From the human T2T-CHM13v2.0 reference genome, Homo sapiens: a stretch of 64,000 nt of DNA. Below the pieces are notes generated by a model that did no database searches, was not told the origin of the DNA, and worked only from the letters and a program-made list of their open reading frames with translations. This document shows positions 1-15,300 of the stretch, one piece after another. Both the position numbers and the translations under genes were made by a program. Position 1 is the first letter of the stretch. Each line of letters starts with the position of its first letter. The stretch lies in the NCBI RefSeq assembly GCF_009914755.1, contig NC_060945.1. One strand, given 5' to 3'.

Positions 1-3000
1 GAATGGAATGGAATGGATTGGAAACTACTGGAATGGAATGGAAACAACCCGAGTGGAATGGAATGCAATGGAATGGAATGGAGGGGAATGGAATGGAATG
101 GAATGGAATGGAATCAACACGAGTGGACTGCAACGGAAAGAAATGGAATGGAATGCAATGGAATGGAATGGAACGGAACGGAACGGAACGGAATTGAATG
201 GAATGGAATCAACCAAAGTGGAAAGGAATGGAATGGAATGGAATGGAATGGAATGGAATGGAATGGAATGCAATGGAATGGAATGGAATGGAATAGCATG
301 CAATCAACTTTGGTGGAATGGTATGGAATGGTAAGGAATGGAATGGAATGGAATGGAATGGTATGGAAGGGAATGGAATAAAAGGGCATGGAATGGAATG
401 GAATCAACCCGAGAGGAATGGAATGGAATGGAATGGAATGGAATGGAATGGAATGGAATGGAAATGAATCAAACCGAGTGGAATGGAATGGAATGGAATG
501 GAATGGAATGGAATGGAATGGAATGGAAACAATGCAATGCAATGGTATCAACGGGAATGGAATGCATTGGAATGGAATGGAATGGAATCACCCTGAGTGG
601 ATAGGAATGGAATGGAAGGGAATGGAAAGTAATGGAATGGAATGGAAACTAATGGAATGGAATGGAAACAACCCGAGTGGAATGTAATGTAATGGAATGG
701 AATGGAATGGAATGGAATGGAATGGAATACAACAAAATGGAAACAACACGAGTAGAATGGCATGGAATGGAAAGGACTTGAATATAAAGGAATGGAGTGG
801 AATGGAATAAACACCAGTGGAATGAAATGGAATGGAATGGAATTGAATGGAATGGAATGGAAAGGAAAGGAATGGAATCAACCCGAGTGGAATGGAATGG
901 AATGGAATGCAATGCAATTGAACGGAATATAATGCATTGAATGGAATCATCCCGAGTGGAATGGAATGGTATCTAATGCAATGGAATGGAATGGAACAGA
1001 ACGGAATGGAATGGAAATAATAGATTGAATCCAAGTAGAATTGAATGGAATGGAATGGATTGGAAAGGAATGGAATGGATTGGAATGGAAAGGAATGGAT
1101 TCGACCTGAGTGGAATGTAATGGATTGGAATGGAATGGAATGGAATGGAGTGGATTGGAATGGAATGGAATGGAATCAACACGAATGTAGTGGAACGGTA
1201 TGGAATGGAATGGAATGGAATGGAATGTAATGAAACGGAAAGGAACAGAATAGAATCAACCCAAGTGGAATGGAATGGAATGGAATGGAATGGAATGGAA
1301 TGAAATGGAATGGAAGGGAATCAACACGAGTGGAATGGAATGGAAAGGAATGCAATGAAATGGAATGGAATGGAATGGAAAGGAATGGAATGGAGTCAAC
1401 CCGAGAGGAGTAGAATGGAATGGAATGGAATCAACCCCAGTGGAATGGAATGGAACGGAATGCAATAGAATGGAATGGAATTGAATGGAATGGAATTCAA
1501 TGGAATGAACCCGAGTGGAATGGCATGGTATGGAATGCAATGGAATGGAGTGGAACAGAACGGAATGGAATGGAATGGAACTGATTGAATCCGAGTGGAA
1601 TTGAATGGAAGGGAATGCATTGGAAAGGAATGGAAAGGATTCAACCCGAGTGGAATGTAATGGATTTTAATGGAGTGGAATGGAATGGAATGGAATGGAA
1701 TCAAAACAAATGGAAAGGAATGGAATGGAATGGAATAGAATGGAAAGGAATGGAATGTAACGGAATGGAATGGAATGGAATGAAATGGAATAAACACGAA
1801 TGGAATGGAATGGAATGGAATGGAATGGAATGGAATGGAATGGAATGGATTGGAATGGAATGGAATGAATTGTAATAAACCCGAATGGAATGGAATGGAA
1901 TGGAATGGAATAGAATGGAGTGGAATGGAATAAACACCAGTGGAATGCAATGGAATCGAATGGAATGGATTGGAATGGAATTGAATGGAATGGAATGGAA
2001 TGGAATTAACCCGAGTGGAGTAGAATGGAATGGAATGGAATCAACCCCAGTGGAATGGAATGGAATGGAATGCAAGAGAATGGAATGGAATGGAATGGAA
2101 TGGAATGGAATGGAATTCAATGGAATCAACCCGAGTGGAATGGAATGTTATGGAATGCAATGGAATGCAGTGGAACAGAACGGAATTTAATGGAATGGAA
2201 TTGATTGAATCCGAGTGGAATTGAATGGAAGGGAATGCATTGCAAAGGAATGGAAAGGATTCAACCCGAGTGGAATGTAATGGATTGGAATGGAGTGGAA
2301 TGGAATGGAATGCAATGGAATGGAATCAACACAAATGGAATGGAATGGAATGGAATGGAATAGAATGGAAAGGAATGGAATGCAATCGAATGGAATGGAA
2401 TGGAATGAAATGGAATAAACCCGAATGGAAAGGAATGGAATGGAAAGGAATGGAATGCAATGGAATGGAATGGAATGGAATGAAATGGAATAAACCCGAA
2501 TGGAATGGAATGGAATGGAATGGAATGGAATGGAATGGAATTTACCCGAGTGGAATGGAATATAATGAAATTAAATGGAATGGAATGGAATGGAATGGAA
2601 TGGAATGGAATCTACCCGAGTGGAATGGAATGGAATGGAATTTAATGGAATGGAATGGAAAAGAATGGTATGGAATCAACCCGAGAGGAATGGGATAGAA
2701 TGGAACGTAATGGAACGGAATGGAATGGAATAAAATGGAATGGAATGGAATGGAAACAACCCGAGTGGAATGGAATGGAATAAAATGGAATGGAATGGAA
2801 TGGAAAGGACTACAACAAAATGGAAACAACCCGAGTGGAATGGCATGGAATGGAAAGGACTTCAATAAAATGGAATGGATTGGAATCAACCCGATTAGAA
2901 ACTAATGGAATGGAATGAAATGGAGTGGAAAGGAATGGAATGGAATGGAATGGAATGGAATGGAATGGAATGGAATTTACCCGAGTGGAATGGAATGTAA

Positions 3001-3049
3001 TGAAATTAAATGGAATGGAATGGAATTGAATGGAATGGAATGGAATGGA

Positions 3050-6000
3050 ATCAACCTGAGTGGAACGGAATGGAATGGAATGGAATGGAATGGAATGGAA
3101 TGGAATGGAATGGAATGGAATGGTATCAACCAGAGTGGAATGGAATGGAATTGAATGGAATGGAATGGAATAGAATGCAATGGAATCAACTGGAATGGAA
3201 TGGAATTGAATGAAATGGAATGGAATCAACCTCAGTCAAATAGAATGGAATGGAATGGAATGGAATGGAATGGAATGGAATGGAATGGAATGGAAGGGAA
3301 AGGAACGGAATGGAATCAACCCGAGTGGAATGGAATGGAATGGAATGGAATCCACCCGAGTGGAATGGAATGGAATGGAATGCAATGGAATTGAACGGAA
3401 TATAATGGAATTAAATGGAATCATCCTGTGTGGAACAGAATGGTATCTAATGCAATGGAATGGAATGGAACAAAACGGAATGGAATGGAAGAATAGATTG
3501 AATCCAAGTGGAATTGAATGGAATGGAATGGATTGGAAAGGAATGGAATGGATTGCAATGGATTGGAATGGAAAGGAATGGATTCAACCCGAGTGGAATG
3601 TAATGGATTGGAATGGAATGGAATGGAATGGAATGGAATGGAATGGAATGGAATGGAATGGAATGGAATCAACACGAATGGAATGGAACGGAATGGAATG
3701 GAATGGAATGGAATGGTATGGAATGAAATGGAAAGGAACGGAACAGAATCAACCCAAGTGGAATGGAATGGAAAGGAATGCAATTGAATGGAATGGAATG
3801 GAATGGAATGGAATGGAATGGAATGGAATCAACCCGAGTGGAGTAGAATGGAATGGAATCGAATGAACCGCAGTGGAATGGAATGGAATGGAATGCAATA
3901 GAGTGGAATGGAATGGAATGGAATGGAATTCAATGGAATCAACCCGAGTGGAATGGAATGGTATGGAATGCAATGGAATGGAATGGAACAGAACGGATTG
4001 GAATGGAATGGAAATGATTGAATCTGAGTGGAATTGAATGGAAGGGAAAGCATTGGAAAGGAATGGAAAGGATTCAACCCGAGTGGAATGTAATGGATTG
4101 GAATGGAGTGGAATGTAATGGAATGGATTGGAATGGAATGGAATCAACACAAATGGAAAGGAATGGAAAGGAATGGAATGCAATGGAATGGAATGGAATG
4201 GAATGAAATGGAATAAACCCGAATGGAATGGAATGGAATGGAATGGAATGAATTCGAATAAACCCGAATGGAATGGAATGGAATGGAATGGAATGGAATG
4301 GAATGGAATGGAATGGAGTGGAATGGAATAAACACCAGTGGAATGAAATGGAATGGAATGGAATGGTATGGAATGGAATGGAATGGAAAGGAATGAAATC
4401 AACCCCAGTATAATGGAACAGAATGGAAATGAATGCAATGGAATGGAAAGGAATGGAATCAACTGGAATGGAATGAAATGGAATGGAATGGAGTGGAATG
4501 GAATGGAATGCATTGGAATCAACAACAGTGAAATGCAATGGAATGGAATGGAATGGAATGGAATGGAATGGAATAGAATGGAATCAACCCGAGTGGAGTG
4601 AAATCAAATGGAATGGAATGGAATGGAATCAACCTGAGTGGAACGGAATGGAATGGAATGGAATGGTATCAACCAGAGTGGAATGGAATGGAATTGAATG
4701 GAATGGAATGGAATGGAATGCAATGGAATCAACTGGAATGGAATGGAATGGAATGGAATGGAACGGAATGGAATGGAAACTACTGGAATGGAATGGAAAC
4801 AACCCGAGTGGAATGGAATGCAATGAATGGAATGGAGTGGAATGGAATGGAATGGAATGGAATCAACACGAGTGTACTGCAACGGAATGAAATGGAATGG
4901 AATGGAATGGAATGGAATGGAACGGAATGGAACAGAACGGAATTGAATGGAATGGAATCAACCCAAGTGGAAAGGAATGGAATGGAATGGAATGGAAGGT
5001 TTGGAATGGAATGGAATGGAATAGCATGCAATCAACTTTGGTGGAATGGTATGGAATGGTATGGTATGGAATGGAATGGAATGGAATGGTATGGAATGGA
5101 ATGGAATAAAAGGGCATGGAATGGAATGGAATCAACCCGAGAGGAATGGAATGGAATGGAATGGAATGGAATGGAATGGAATGGAAATGAATCAAACCGA
5201 GTGGAATGGAATAGAATGGAATGGAATGGAATGGAAACAATGCAATGCAATTGTATCAACGGGAATGGAATGCATTGGAATGGAATGGAATGGAATCACC
5301 CTGAGTGGATAGGAATGGAATGGAAGGGAATGGAAAGGAATGGAATGGAATGGAAACTAATGGAATGGAATGGAAACAACCCGAGTGGAATGGAATGGAC
5401 TGGAGTGGAATGGAATGGAATCAACACGAATGGGATGGAACGGAATGGAATGGAATGGAAAGGAACGGAATGGAATCAATCCGAGTGGAATGGAATGGAA
5501 TGGAATGGAATCCACCCGAGTGGAATGGAATCGAATGGAATGCAATGGAATTGAACGGAATATAAAGGAATTAAAAGGAATCATCCCGAGTGGAATGGAA
5601 TGGAATCTAATGCAATGGTATCTAATGCAATGGAATGGAATGAAACAGAACGGAAAGGAATGGAAAGAATAGATTGAATCCAAGTGGAATTGAATGGAAT
5701 GGAATGGATTGGAAAGGAATGGAATGGATTGGAATGGATTGGAATGGAAAGGAATGTATTCAACCAGAGTGGAATGTAATGGATTGGAATGGAATGGAAT
5801 GGAATGGAATGGAATGAAATGGAATGGAATGGAATGCAATGGAATCAACACGAATGGAATGGAACGGAATGGAATGGAATGGAATGGAATGGTATGGAAT
5901 GAAATGGAAAGGAACGGAATAGAATCAACCAAAGTGGAATGGAATGGAATGGAATGGAAGGGAATCAAAACGAGTGGAATGGAATGGAAAGGAATGCAAT

Positions 6001-8980
6001 GGAATGGAAAGGAATGCAATGGAATGGAAAGGAATGTAATGTAATGGAATGGAATGGAATCAACTCGAGTGGAGTAGAATGGAATGGAATGGAATCAACC
6101 CCAGTGGAATGGAATGGAATCGAATGGAATGGAATGGAATAAAAGGGCATGGAATAGAACGGAATCAACCTGAATGGAAAGGAACGGAATGGAGTGGAAT
6201 GGTATGGAATGGAATGGAATTGAAGGGAATCAACCCGAAGGGAATGGAATGAAATGGAATGGAATGGAATGGAATCGAATGGAATCAACCCGAGTGTACT
6301 GCAACGAAATGAAATGGAATGGAATGGAATGGAATGGAAAGGAACGGAACGGAACGGAACGGAATTGAATGGAATGGAATCAACCCAAGTGGAAAGGAAT
6401 GGAATGGAATATAATGGAATGGAATGGAATAGCACGCAATCAAATTTGGTGGAATGGTATGGAATGGTATGGAATGGAATGGAATGGAATGGAATGGAAT
6501 CAACTGGAATGGAATGAAATGGAAAGGAATGGAGTGGAATGGAATGGAATGCAATGGAATCAACAAGAGTGAAATGGAATGGAATGGAATGGGATGGAAT
6601 GGAAAGGAATCAACCCGAGTGGAGTAGAATGGAATGGAATGGAATGGAATGGAATGGAATGGAATGGAATGGAATCAACCTGAGTTGAACGGAATGGAAT
6701 GGAATGGAATGGAATGGAATGGTATCAACCAGAGTGGAATGGAATGGAATTGAATGGAATGGAACGGAATGGAATGCAATGGAATCAACTGGAATGGAAT
6801 GGAATTGAATGAAATGGAATGGAATCAACCTCAGTCAAATAGAATGGAATGGAATGGAATGGGATGGAATGGAATGGAATGCAACGGAAGGGAAAGGAAC
6901 GGAATGTAATCAACCCGAGTGGAATGGAATGGAATGGAATCGAATCCACCCGATTGGAATGGAATGGAATGGAATGCAATGGAATTGAACGGAATATAAT
7001 GGAATTAAATGGAATCATCCCGTGTGGAACGGAATGGTATCTAATGCAATGGAGTGGAATGGAACAGAACGGAATGGAATGGAAGAATAGATTGAATCCA
7101 AGTGGAATTGAATGGAATGGAATGGATTGGAAAGGAATGGAATGGATTGCAATGCATTGGAATGGAAACGAATGGATTCAACCCGAGTGGAATGTAATGG
7201 ATTGGAATGGAATGGAATGGAATGGAATGGAATCAACACGAATGAAATGGAACGGAATGGAATGGAATGGAATGGAATGGTATGGAATGAAATGGAAAGG
7301 AACGGAACAGAATCAACCCAAGTGGAATGGAATGGAAAGTAATGCAATTGAATGGAATGGAATGGAATGGAATCAACCCGAGTGGAGTAGAATGGAATGG
7401 AATGGAATGAACCGCAGTGGAATGGAATGGAATGGAATGCAATAGAATGGAATGGAATGGAATGGAATGGAATTCAATGGAATCAACCCGAGTGGAATGG
7501 AATGGTATGGAATGCAATGGAATGGAGTGGAACAGAATGGAATGGAATGGAATGGAAATGATTGAATCCGAGTGGAATTGAATGGAAGGGAAAGCATTGG
7601 AAAGGAATGGAAAGGATTCAACCCGAGTGGAATGTAATGGATTGGAATGGAGTGGAATGTAATGGAATGGATTGGAATGGAATGGAATGAACACAAATGG
7701 AAAGGAATGGAATGGAATGGAATGGAATGGAAAGGAATGGAATGCAATGGAATGGAATGGAATGGAATGAAATGGAATAAACCCGAATGGAATGGAATGG
7801 AATGGAAAGGAATGGAATGGAATGGAATGGAATGAATTGGAATAAACCCGAATGGAATGGAATGGAATGGAATGGAATGGAGTGGAATGGAATAAACACC
7901 AGTGGAATGAAATGGAATGGAATGGAATGGAATGGAATGGAATGGAAAGGAATGAAATCAACCCCAGTAGAATGGAACAGAATGCAATGGAATGCAATGG
8001 AATGGAAAGGAATAGAATCAACTGGAATGGAATGAAATGGAATGGAATGGAGTGGAATGGAATGGAATGCATTGGAATCAACAAGAGTGAAATGCAATGG
8101 AATGGAATGGAATGGAATGGAATGGAATAGAATGGAATCAACCCGAGTGGAGTGAAATCAAATGGAATGGAATGGAATGGAATCAACCTGAGTGGAACGG
8201 AATGGAATGGAATGGAATGGAATGGAATGGTATCAACCAGAGTGGAATGGAATGGAATTGAATGGAATGGAATGGAATGGAATGCAATGGAATCAACTGG
8301 AATGGAATGGAATGGAACGGAATGGAATGGAATGGAATGGAACGGAATGGAATGGAAACTACTGGAATGGAATGGAAACAACCCGAGTGGAATGGAATGC
8401 AATGAATGGAATGGAGTGGAATGGAATGGAATGGAATGGAATCAACACGAGTGTACTGCAACGGAATGAAATGGAATGGAATGGAATGGAATGGAATGGA
8501 ACGGAACGGAACAGAACGGAATTGAATGGAATGGAATCAACCCAAGTGGAAAGGAACGGAATGGAATGGAATGGAATGGAATGGAATGGAATGGAATGGA
8601 ATGGAATAGCATGCAATCAACTTTGGTGGAATGGTATGGAATGGTATGGTATGGAATGGAATGGAATGGAATGGTATGGAATGGAATGGAATAAAAGGGC
8701 ATGGAATGGAATGGAATCAACCCGAGAGGAATGGAATGGAATGGAATGGAATGGAATGGAATGGAATGGATTTGAAATGAATCAAACCGAGTGGAATGGA
8801 ATAGAATGGAATGGAATGGAATGGAAACAATGCAATGCAATTGTATCAACGGGAATGGAATGCATTGGAATGGAATGGAATGGAATCACCCTGAGTGGAT
8901 AGGAATGGAATGGAAGGGAATGGAAAGGAATGGAATGGAATGGAAACTAATGGAATGGAATGGAAACAACCCGAGTGGAA
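3050..8980 (+). repeat. Older duplication with ~3.58 kb offset (about 3050-5390 vs about 6675-8980)
   Basis: CAACCTCAGTCAAATAG at ~3227 and ~6826. GGAGTGAAATCAAATGG at ~4595 and ~8149. Matching ORF translations at 4604/8183 and 4897/8476 (offset 3,579). Confidence 0.8.
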
Positions 8981-11900
8981 TGGAATGGAATGGAATGGAA
9001 TGGAATGGAATGGAATGGAATGGAATGGAATGGAATGGAATACAACAAAATGGAAACAACCCGAGTGGAATGGCATGGAATGGAAAGGACTTGAATATAA
9101 TGGAATGGATTGGAATCAACCCGATTACAAACTAATGGAAAGCAATGGAATGGAATGGAATGGAATGGAATGGAATTTACCCGAGTGGAGTGGAATGTAA
9201 CGAAATTAAATGGAATGGAATGGAATGGAATGGAATATTACAAAATGGAAACAATCCGAGTGGAATGGCATGGAATGGAAAGGACCTGAATATAATGGAA
9301 TGGATTGGAATCAACCGGATTAGAAACCAATGGAATGGAATGGAATGGAATGGAATGGAAACTACCCGAGTGGAATGGAATGTAATGGAATGGAGTGGAA
9401 TGCAATGGAATGGAATGGAATGGAATGGAATGGAACAGAATCGAATCCAATGGAATCAACTGGAATGGAATGGAATGGAATGGAATGGAATGGAATCAAT
9501 CCGGGTGGAATGGAATGGAATATAATGGAGTGGAATGGAATGGAAGGGAGTGGAATGGAGTGGAATGGAATGGAATGGAATGGAATCAACCCGAATGGAA
9601 TGGAACGGAATGGAATGGAATGGAATGGAATGGAGTCCACCCGAGTTGAATGGAATGGAATGGAATGGAACGGAATATAATGGAATGGAACGGAATCATC
9701 CCGAGTGGAATGGAATGGTATGGAATTCAATAGAATGGAATGGAACAGAACGGAATGAAATGGAATGGAATAGATTGAATGCGAGTGGAATTGAATGGAA
9801 TGGAACGGATTGGAATGGAATGGAATGGATTGGAGTGGAATGGAATGGAATCAAGATGAATGGGATGGAACGGAATGGAATGGAATGGAAAGGAACGGAA
9901 TGGAATCAACCCGAGTGGAATGGAATCGAATGGAATGCAATGGAATTGAACGGAATATAATGGAATTAAAAGGAATCATCCCGAGTGGAATGGAATGGAA
10001 TCTAATGCAATGGTATCTAATGCAATGGAATGGAATGAAACAGAACGGAAAGGAATGGAAAGAATAGATTGAATCCAAGTGGAATTGAATGGAATGGAAT
10101 GGATTGGAAAGGAATGGAATGGATTGGAATGGATTGGAATGGAAAGGAATGTATTCAACCAGAGTGGAATATAATGGATTGGAATGGAATGGAATGGAAT
10201 GGAATGGAATGGAATGGAATGGAATCAACACGAATGGAATGGAACGGAATGGAATGGAATGGAATGGAATGGTATGGAATGAAATGGAAAGGAACGGAAT
10301 AGAATCAACCAAAGTGGAATGGAATGGAATGGAATGGAATGGAAGGGAATCAACACGAGTGGAAAGGAATGGAAAGGAATGCAATGGAATGGAATGGAAT
10401 GGAATGGAATGGAATGGAATGGAATCAACTCGAGTGGAGTAGAATGGAATGGAATGGAATCAACCCCAGTGGAATGGAATGGAATCGAATGGAATGGAAT
10501 GGAATAAAAGGGCATGGAATAGAACGGAATCAACCTGAATTGAAAGGAAGGGAATGGAGTGGAATGGTATGGAATGGAATGGAATTGAAGGGAATCAACC
10601 CGAAGGGAATGGAATGAAATGGAATGGAATGGAATGGAATCGAATGGAATCAACCCGAGTGTACTGCAACGGAATGAAATGGAATGGAATGGAATGGAAT
10701 GGAAAGGATCGGAACGGAACGGAACGGAATTGAATGGAATGGAATCAACCCAAGTGGAAAGGAATGGAATGGAATATAATGGAATAGAATGGAATAGCAT
10801 GCAATCAAATTTGGTGGAATGGTATGGAATGGTATGGAATGGAATGGAATGGAATGGAATGGAATGGAATGGAATGGAATCAACTGGAATGGAATGAAAT
10901 GGAATGGAATGGAGTGGAATGGAATGGAATGCAATGGAATCAACAAGAGTGAAATGCAATGGAATGGTATGGAATTGTATGGAATGGAATGGAATGGAAT
11001 GGAATCAACTGGAATGGAATAAAATGGAATGGAATGGAGTGGAATAGAAAGGAATGCAATGGAATCAACAAGAGTGAAATGCAATGGAATGGAATGGAAT
11101 GGGATGGAATGGAATGGAATCAACCTGAGTGGAGTAGAATGGAATGGAATGGAATGGAATGGAATGGAATGGAATGGAATGGAATCAACCTGAGTTGAAC
11201 GGAATGGAATGGAATGGAATGGAATGGAATGGAATGGAATGGTATCAACCAGAGTGGAATGGAATGGAATTGAATGGAATGGAACGGAATGGAATGCAAT
11301 GGAATCAACTGGAATGGAATGGAATTGAATGAAATGGAATGGAATCAACCTCAGTCAAATAGAATGGAATGGAATGGAATGGAATGGAATGGAATGGAAT
11401 GGAATGGAATGGAAGGGAAAGGAACGGAATGGAATCAACCCGAGTGGAATGGAATGGAATGGAATGGAATCCACCCGAGTGGAATGGAATGGAATGGAAT
11501 GCAATGGAATTGAACGGAATATAATGGAATTAAATGGAATCATCCCGTGTGGAACAGATTGGTATCTAATGCAATGGAATGGAATGGAACAGAACGGAAT
11601 GGAATGGAAGAATAGATTGAATCCAATTGGAATTGAATGGAATGGAATGGATTGGAAAGGAATGGAATGGATTGCAATGGATTGGAATGGAAATGAATGG
11701 ATTCAGCCCGAGTGGAATGTAATGGATTGGAATGGAATGGAATGGAATGGAATGGAATGGAATGGAATGGTATGGAATGAAATGGAAAGGAACGGAACAG
11801 AATCAACACAAGTGGAATGGAATGGAAAGGAATGCAATTGAATGGAATGGAATGGAATGGAATGGAATGGAATGGAATGGAATCAACCCGAGTGGAGTAG

Positions 11901-12340
11901 AATGGAATGGAATGGAATGAACCGCAGTGGAATGGAATGGAATGGAATGCAATAGAATGGAATGGAATGGAAAGGAATGGAATTCAATGGAATCAACCCG
12001 AGTGGAATGGAATGGTATGGAATGCAATGGAATGGAGTGGAACAGAACGGAATGGAATGGAATGGAAATGATTGAATCTGAGTGGAATTGAATGGAAGGG
12101 AAAGCATTGGAAAGGAATGGAAAGGATTCAACCCGAGTGGAATGTAATGGATTGGAATGGAGTGGAATGTAATGGAATGGATTGGAATGGAATGGAATCA
12201 ACACAAATGGAAAGGAATGGAATGGAATGGAATAGAATGGAAAGGAATGGAATGCAATGGAATGGAATGGAATGGAATGAAATGGAATAAACCCGAATGG
12301 AATGGAATGGAATGGAATGGAATGGAATGAATTGGAATAA
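5400..12340 (+). repeat. Older duplication with ~4.4-4.5 kb offset (about 5400-7850 vs about 9850-12340)
   Basis: The double motif TCTAATGCAATGGTATCTAATGC occurs at ~5606 and ~10001. CAATCAAATTTGGTGG occurs at ~6437 and ~10802. Identical ORF translations at 5581/9976 (offset 4,395). Confidence 0.8.
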
Positions 12341-15300
12341 ACCCGAGTGGAATGGAATGGAATGGAATGGAAAGGAATGGAATGGAGTGGAATGGAATGG
12401 ACTGGAATGGAATGCAAAGTAATGGAATAGAACCAACCCGACTGGAATGGAATGGAATGGAATGGAAAGGAATGAATGGAATGGAATGGAATGGAATGGA
12501 ATGGTATGGAATGCAATCGGATGGAATTCAATGGAATGGAACACAATGGAATGGAATGGAATGGAATGGGCCCCAATGGAATGTAATGGAATGGAATGGA
12601 TTGGAATGGAATGGAATGGAATTAACCCGAGTGGAATGGAATGTAATGGAATGGAATGGAATGGAATCAACCCGAGTGGAAAGGAATGGCATGCAATCGA
12701 ATGGAATGGAATGGAATCAATCCAAGAGGAATGGAATGGAACGAAATGGAATGCAATGGAATGGAATGCAATGGAATGGAATGGAATGGAATGGAATGGA
12801 ATGGAATCAACCCGAGTGGAAAGGAATGGCATGCAATCGAATGGAATGGAATGGAATGGAATCAATCCAAGAGGAATGGAATGGAATGGAATGGAATGCA
12901 ATGGAATGGAATGGAATGGAATGGAATGGAATGGAATGGAATGGAAATGAATCAAACCGAGTGGAATGTAATGTAATGTAATGGAATGGAATGGAATTTA
13001 AACAATGCAATGCAATGGTATCAACTGGAATGGAATGCATTGGAATCGAATGGAATGGAATCACCCAGAGTTTAAAGGAATGGAATGGAATGGAATGGAA
13101 TGGAATGGAATGGAATGGAAAGGAATGGAATGGAATGGAAACTACAGGAACCGAAAAGAAAGAACCCGAGTGGAATGGAATGCAATGCAATGGAAAGGAA
13201 TGGAATGGAATGGAATGGAACGGAATAAAATGGAATGGAATGGAAACATCCCGAGTGGAATGGAATGACATGGAATGCAATAGAATGGAATGGAACAGAA
13301 CGGAATGAAATGGAATGGAATAGATTGAATGCGAGTGGAAATGAATGGAACGGAATGGATTGGAATGGAATGGAATGGATTGAAGTGGAATGGAATGGAA
13401 TCAACACGAATGGAATGGAACGGAATGGCAGGGATTGGAAAGGAACGGAATGGAATCAACCCGAGTGGAATGGAATGGAATGGAATCCACCCGATTGGAA
13501 TGAAATGGAATGCAATGTAATGGAATGCATTGGAATCAACTCGAGTGGAATGGAATGGAATGGAATGGAATGGAATGGAAGAGAATCGAATCCAATGGAA
13601 TCAACTGGAATGGAATGGAATGGAATGGAATGGAATGGAATGGAATGGAATGGAATGGAATCAATCCGGGTGGAATGGAAAGGAATGGAATGGAGTGCAC
13701 TGGAATTAAATGGAGTGGAATGGAATGGAATGGAATCAACCCGTATGGAATGGAACGGAATGGAATGGAAAGGAATGGAATGGAATGGAATGGAATGGAA
13801 TGGAATGGAATGGAACAGAATAGAATGGAATCAGCCCAAATGGGATGGAATGGAATGGAATGGAATGGAATGGAATGGAATGGAATGGAATGGAATACAA
13901 CAAAATGGAAACAACCCGTGTGGAATGGCATGGAATGGAAAGGACTTGAATATAATGGAATGGATTGGTATCAACCCGATTAGAAATTAATGGAATGGAA
14001 TGTAATAGAATTAAATGGAATGGAATAGAAAGGAATGGAATGGAACGGAATGGAATGGAATGGAATGCAATGGAATCTACACGAGTGGAATGGAATGGAA
14101 TGGAATTTAATTGAATGGAATGGAATAGAATGGTATGGAATCAACCGGAGTGGAATGGTAAAGAATGCAATGTACTGGAACGGAATGGAATGGAATAAAA
14201 TGGATTGGAATGGAAAGGAAACAACCCGAGTTGAATGGAATGGAATGGAATGGAATGGAATGGAATGGAATGGAATGGAATGGAATCAACCCGAGTGGAG
14301 TAGAATGGAATGGAATGGAATGAACCGCAGTGGAATGGAATGGAATGGAATGCAATAGAATGGAATGGAATGGAATGGAATGGAATTCAATGGAATCACC
14401 CAGAGTGGAGTGGAATGGTATGGAATGCAATGGAATGGAGTGGAACAGAACGGAATGGAATGGAATGGAAATGATTCAATCTGAGTGGAATTGAATGGAA
14501 GAGAAAGCATTGGAAAGGAATGGAAAGGATTCAACCCGAATGGAATGGAATGGATTGGAATGGAGTGGAATGGAATGGAATGGAATGGAATGGAATCAAC
14601 ACAAATGGAATGGAATGGAATGGAAGGGAATGGAATGCAATGGAATGGAATGGAATGGAATGGAATTAAATGGAATAAACCGGAATGTAATGGAATGGAA
14701 TGGAATGGAATGGAATGGAATGGAATGGAATGGAATGGAAACTACTGGAACCGAATGGAAAGAACCCGAGTGGAATGGAATGGAATGGAATGGAATGGAA
14801 TGGAATGGAATGGAACGGAATAAAATGGAATGGAATGGAATCATCCCGAGTGGAATGGAATGGCATGGAATGCAATAGAATGGAATGGAACAGAACGGAA
14901 TGAAATGGAATGGAATAGATTGAATGCGAGTGGAAATGAATGGAACGGAATGGATTGGAACGGAATGGAATGGATTGAAGTGGAATGGAATGGAATCAAC
15001 ACGAATGGAATGGAACGGAATGGCAGGGATTGGAAAGGAACGGAATGGAATCAACCCGAGTGGAATGGAATGGAATGGAATCCACCCGATTGGAATGAAA
15101 TGGAATGGAATGTAATGGAATGCATTGGAATCAACTCGAGTGGAATGGAATGGAATGGAATGGAATGGAATGGAACAGAAATGAATCCAATGGAATCAAC
15201 TGGAATGGAATGGAATGGAATGGAATGGAATGGAATGGAATGGAATGGAATGGAATGGAATCAATCCGGGTGGAATGGAATGGAATGGAATGGAGTGCAC

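Noticed and set aside
4010-4030. TGATTGAATC motifs as possible DUX4/homeodomain sites
   Set aside because: They match the DUX4 consensus only partially and arise easily from pentamer variants; there is no independent support from sequence alone.
3050-8980. ~3.58 kb offset resembling the ~3.5 kb DYZ1 period
   Set aside because: This is only a partial two-copy duplication rather than a regular tandem period, and size similarity alone cannot assign a subfamily or chromosome.
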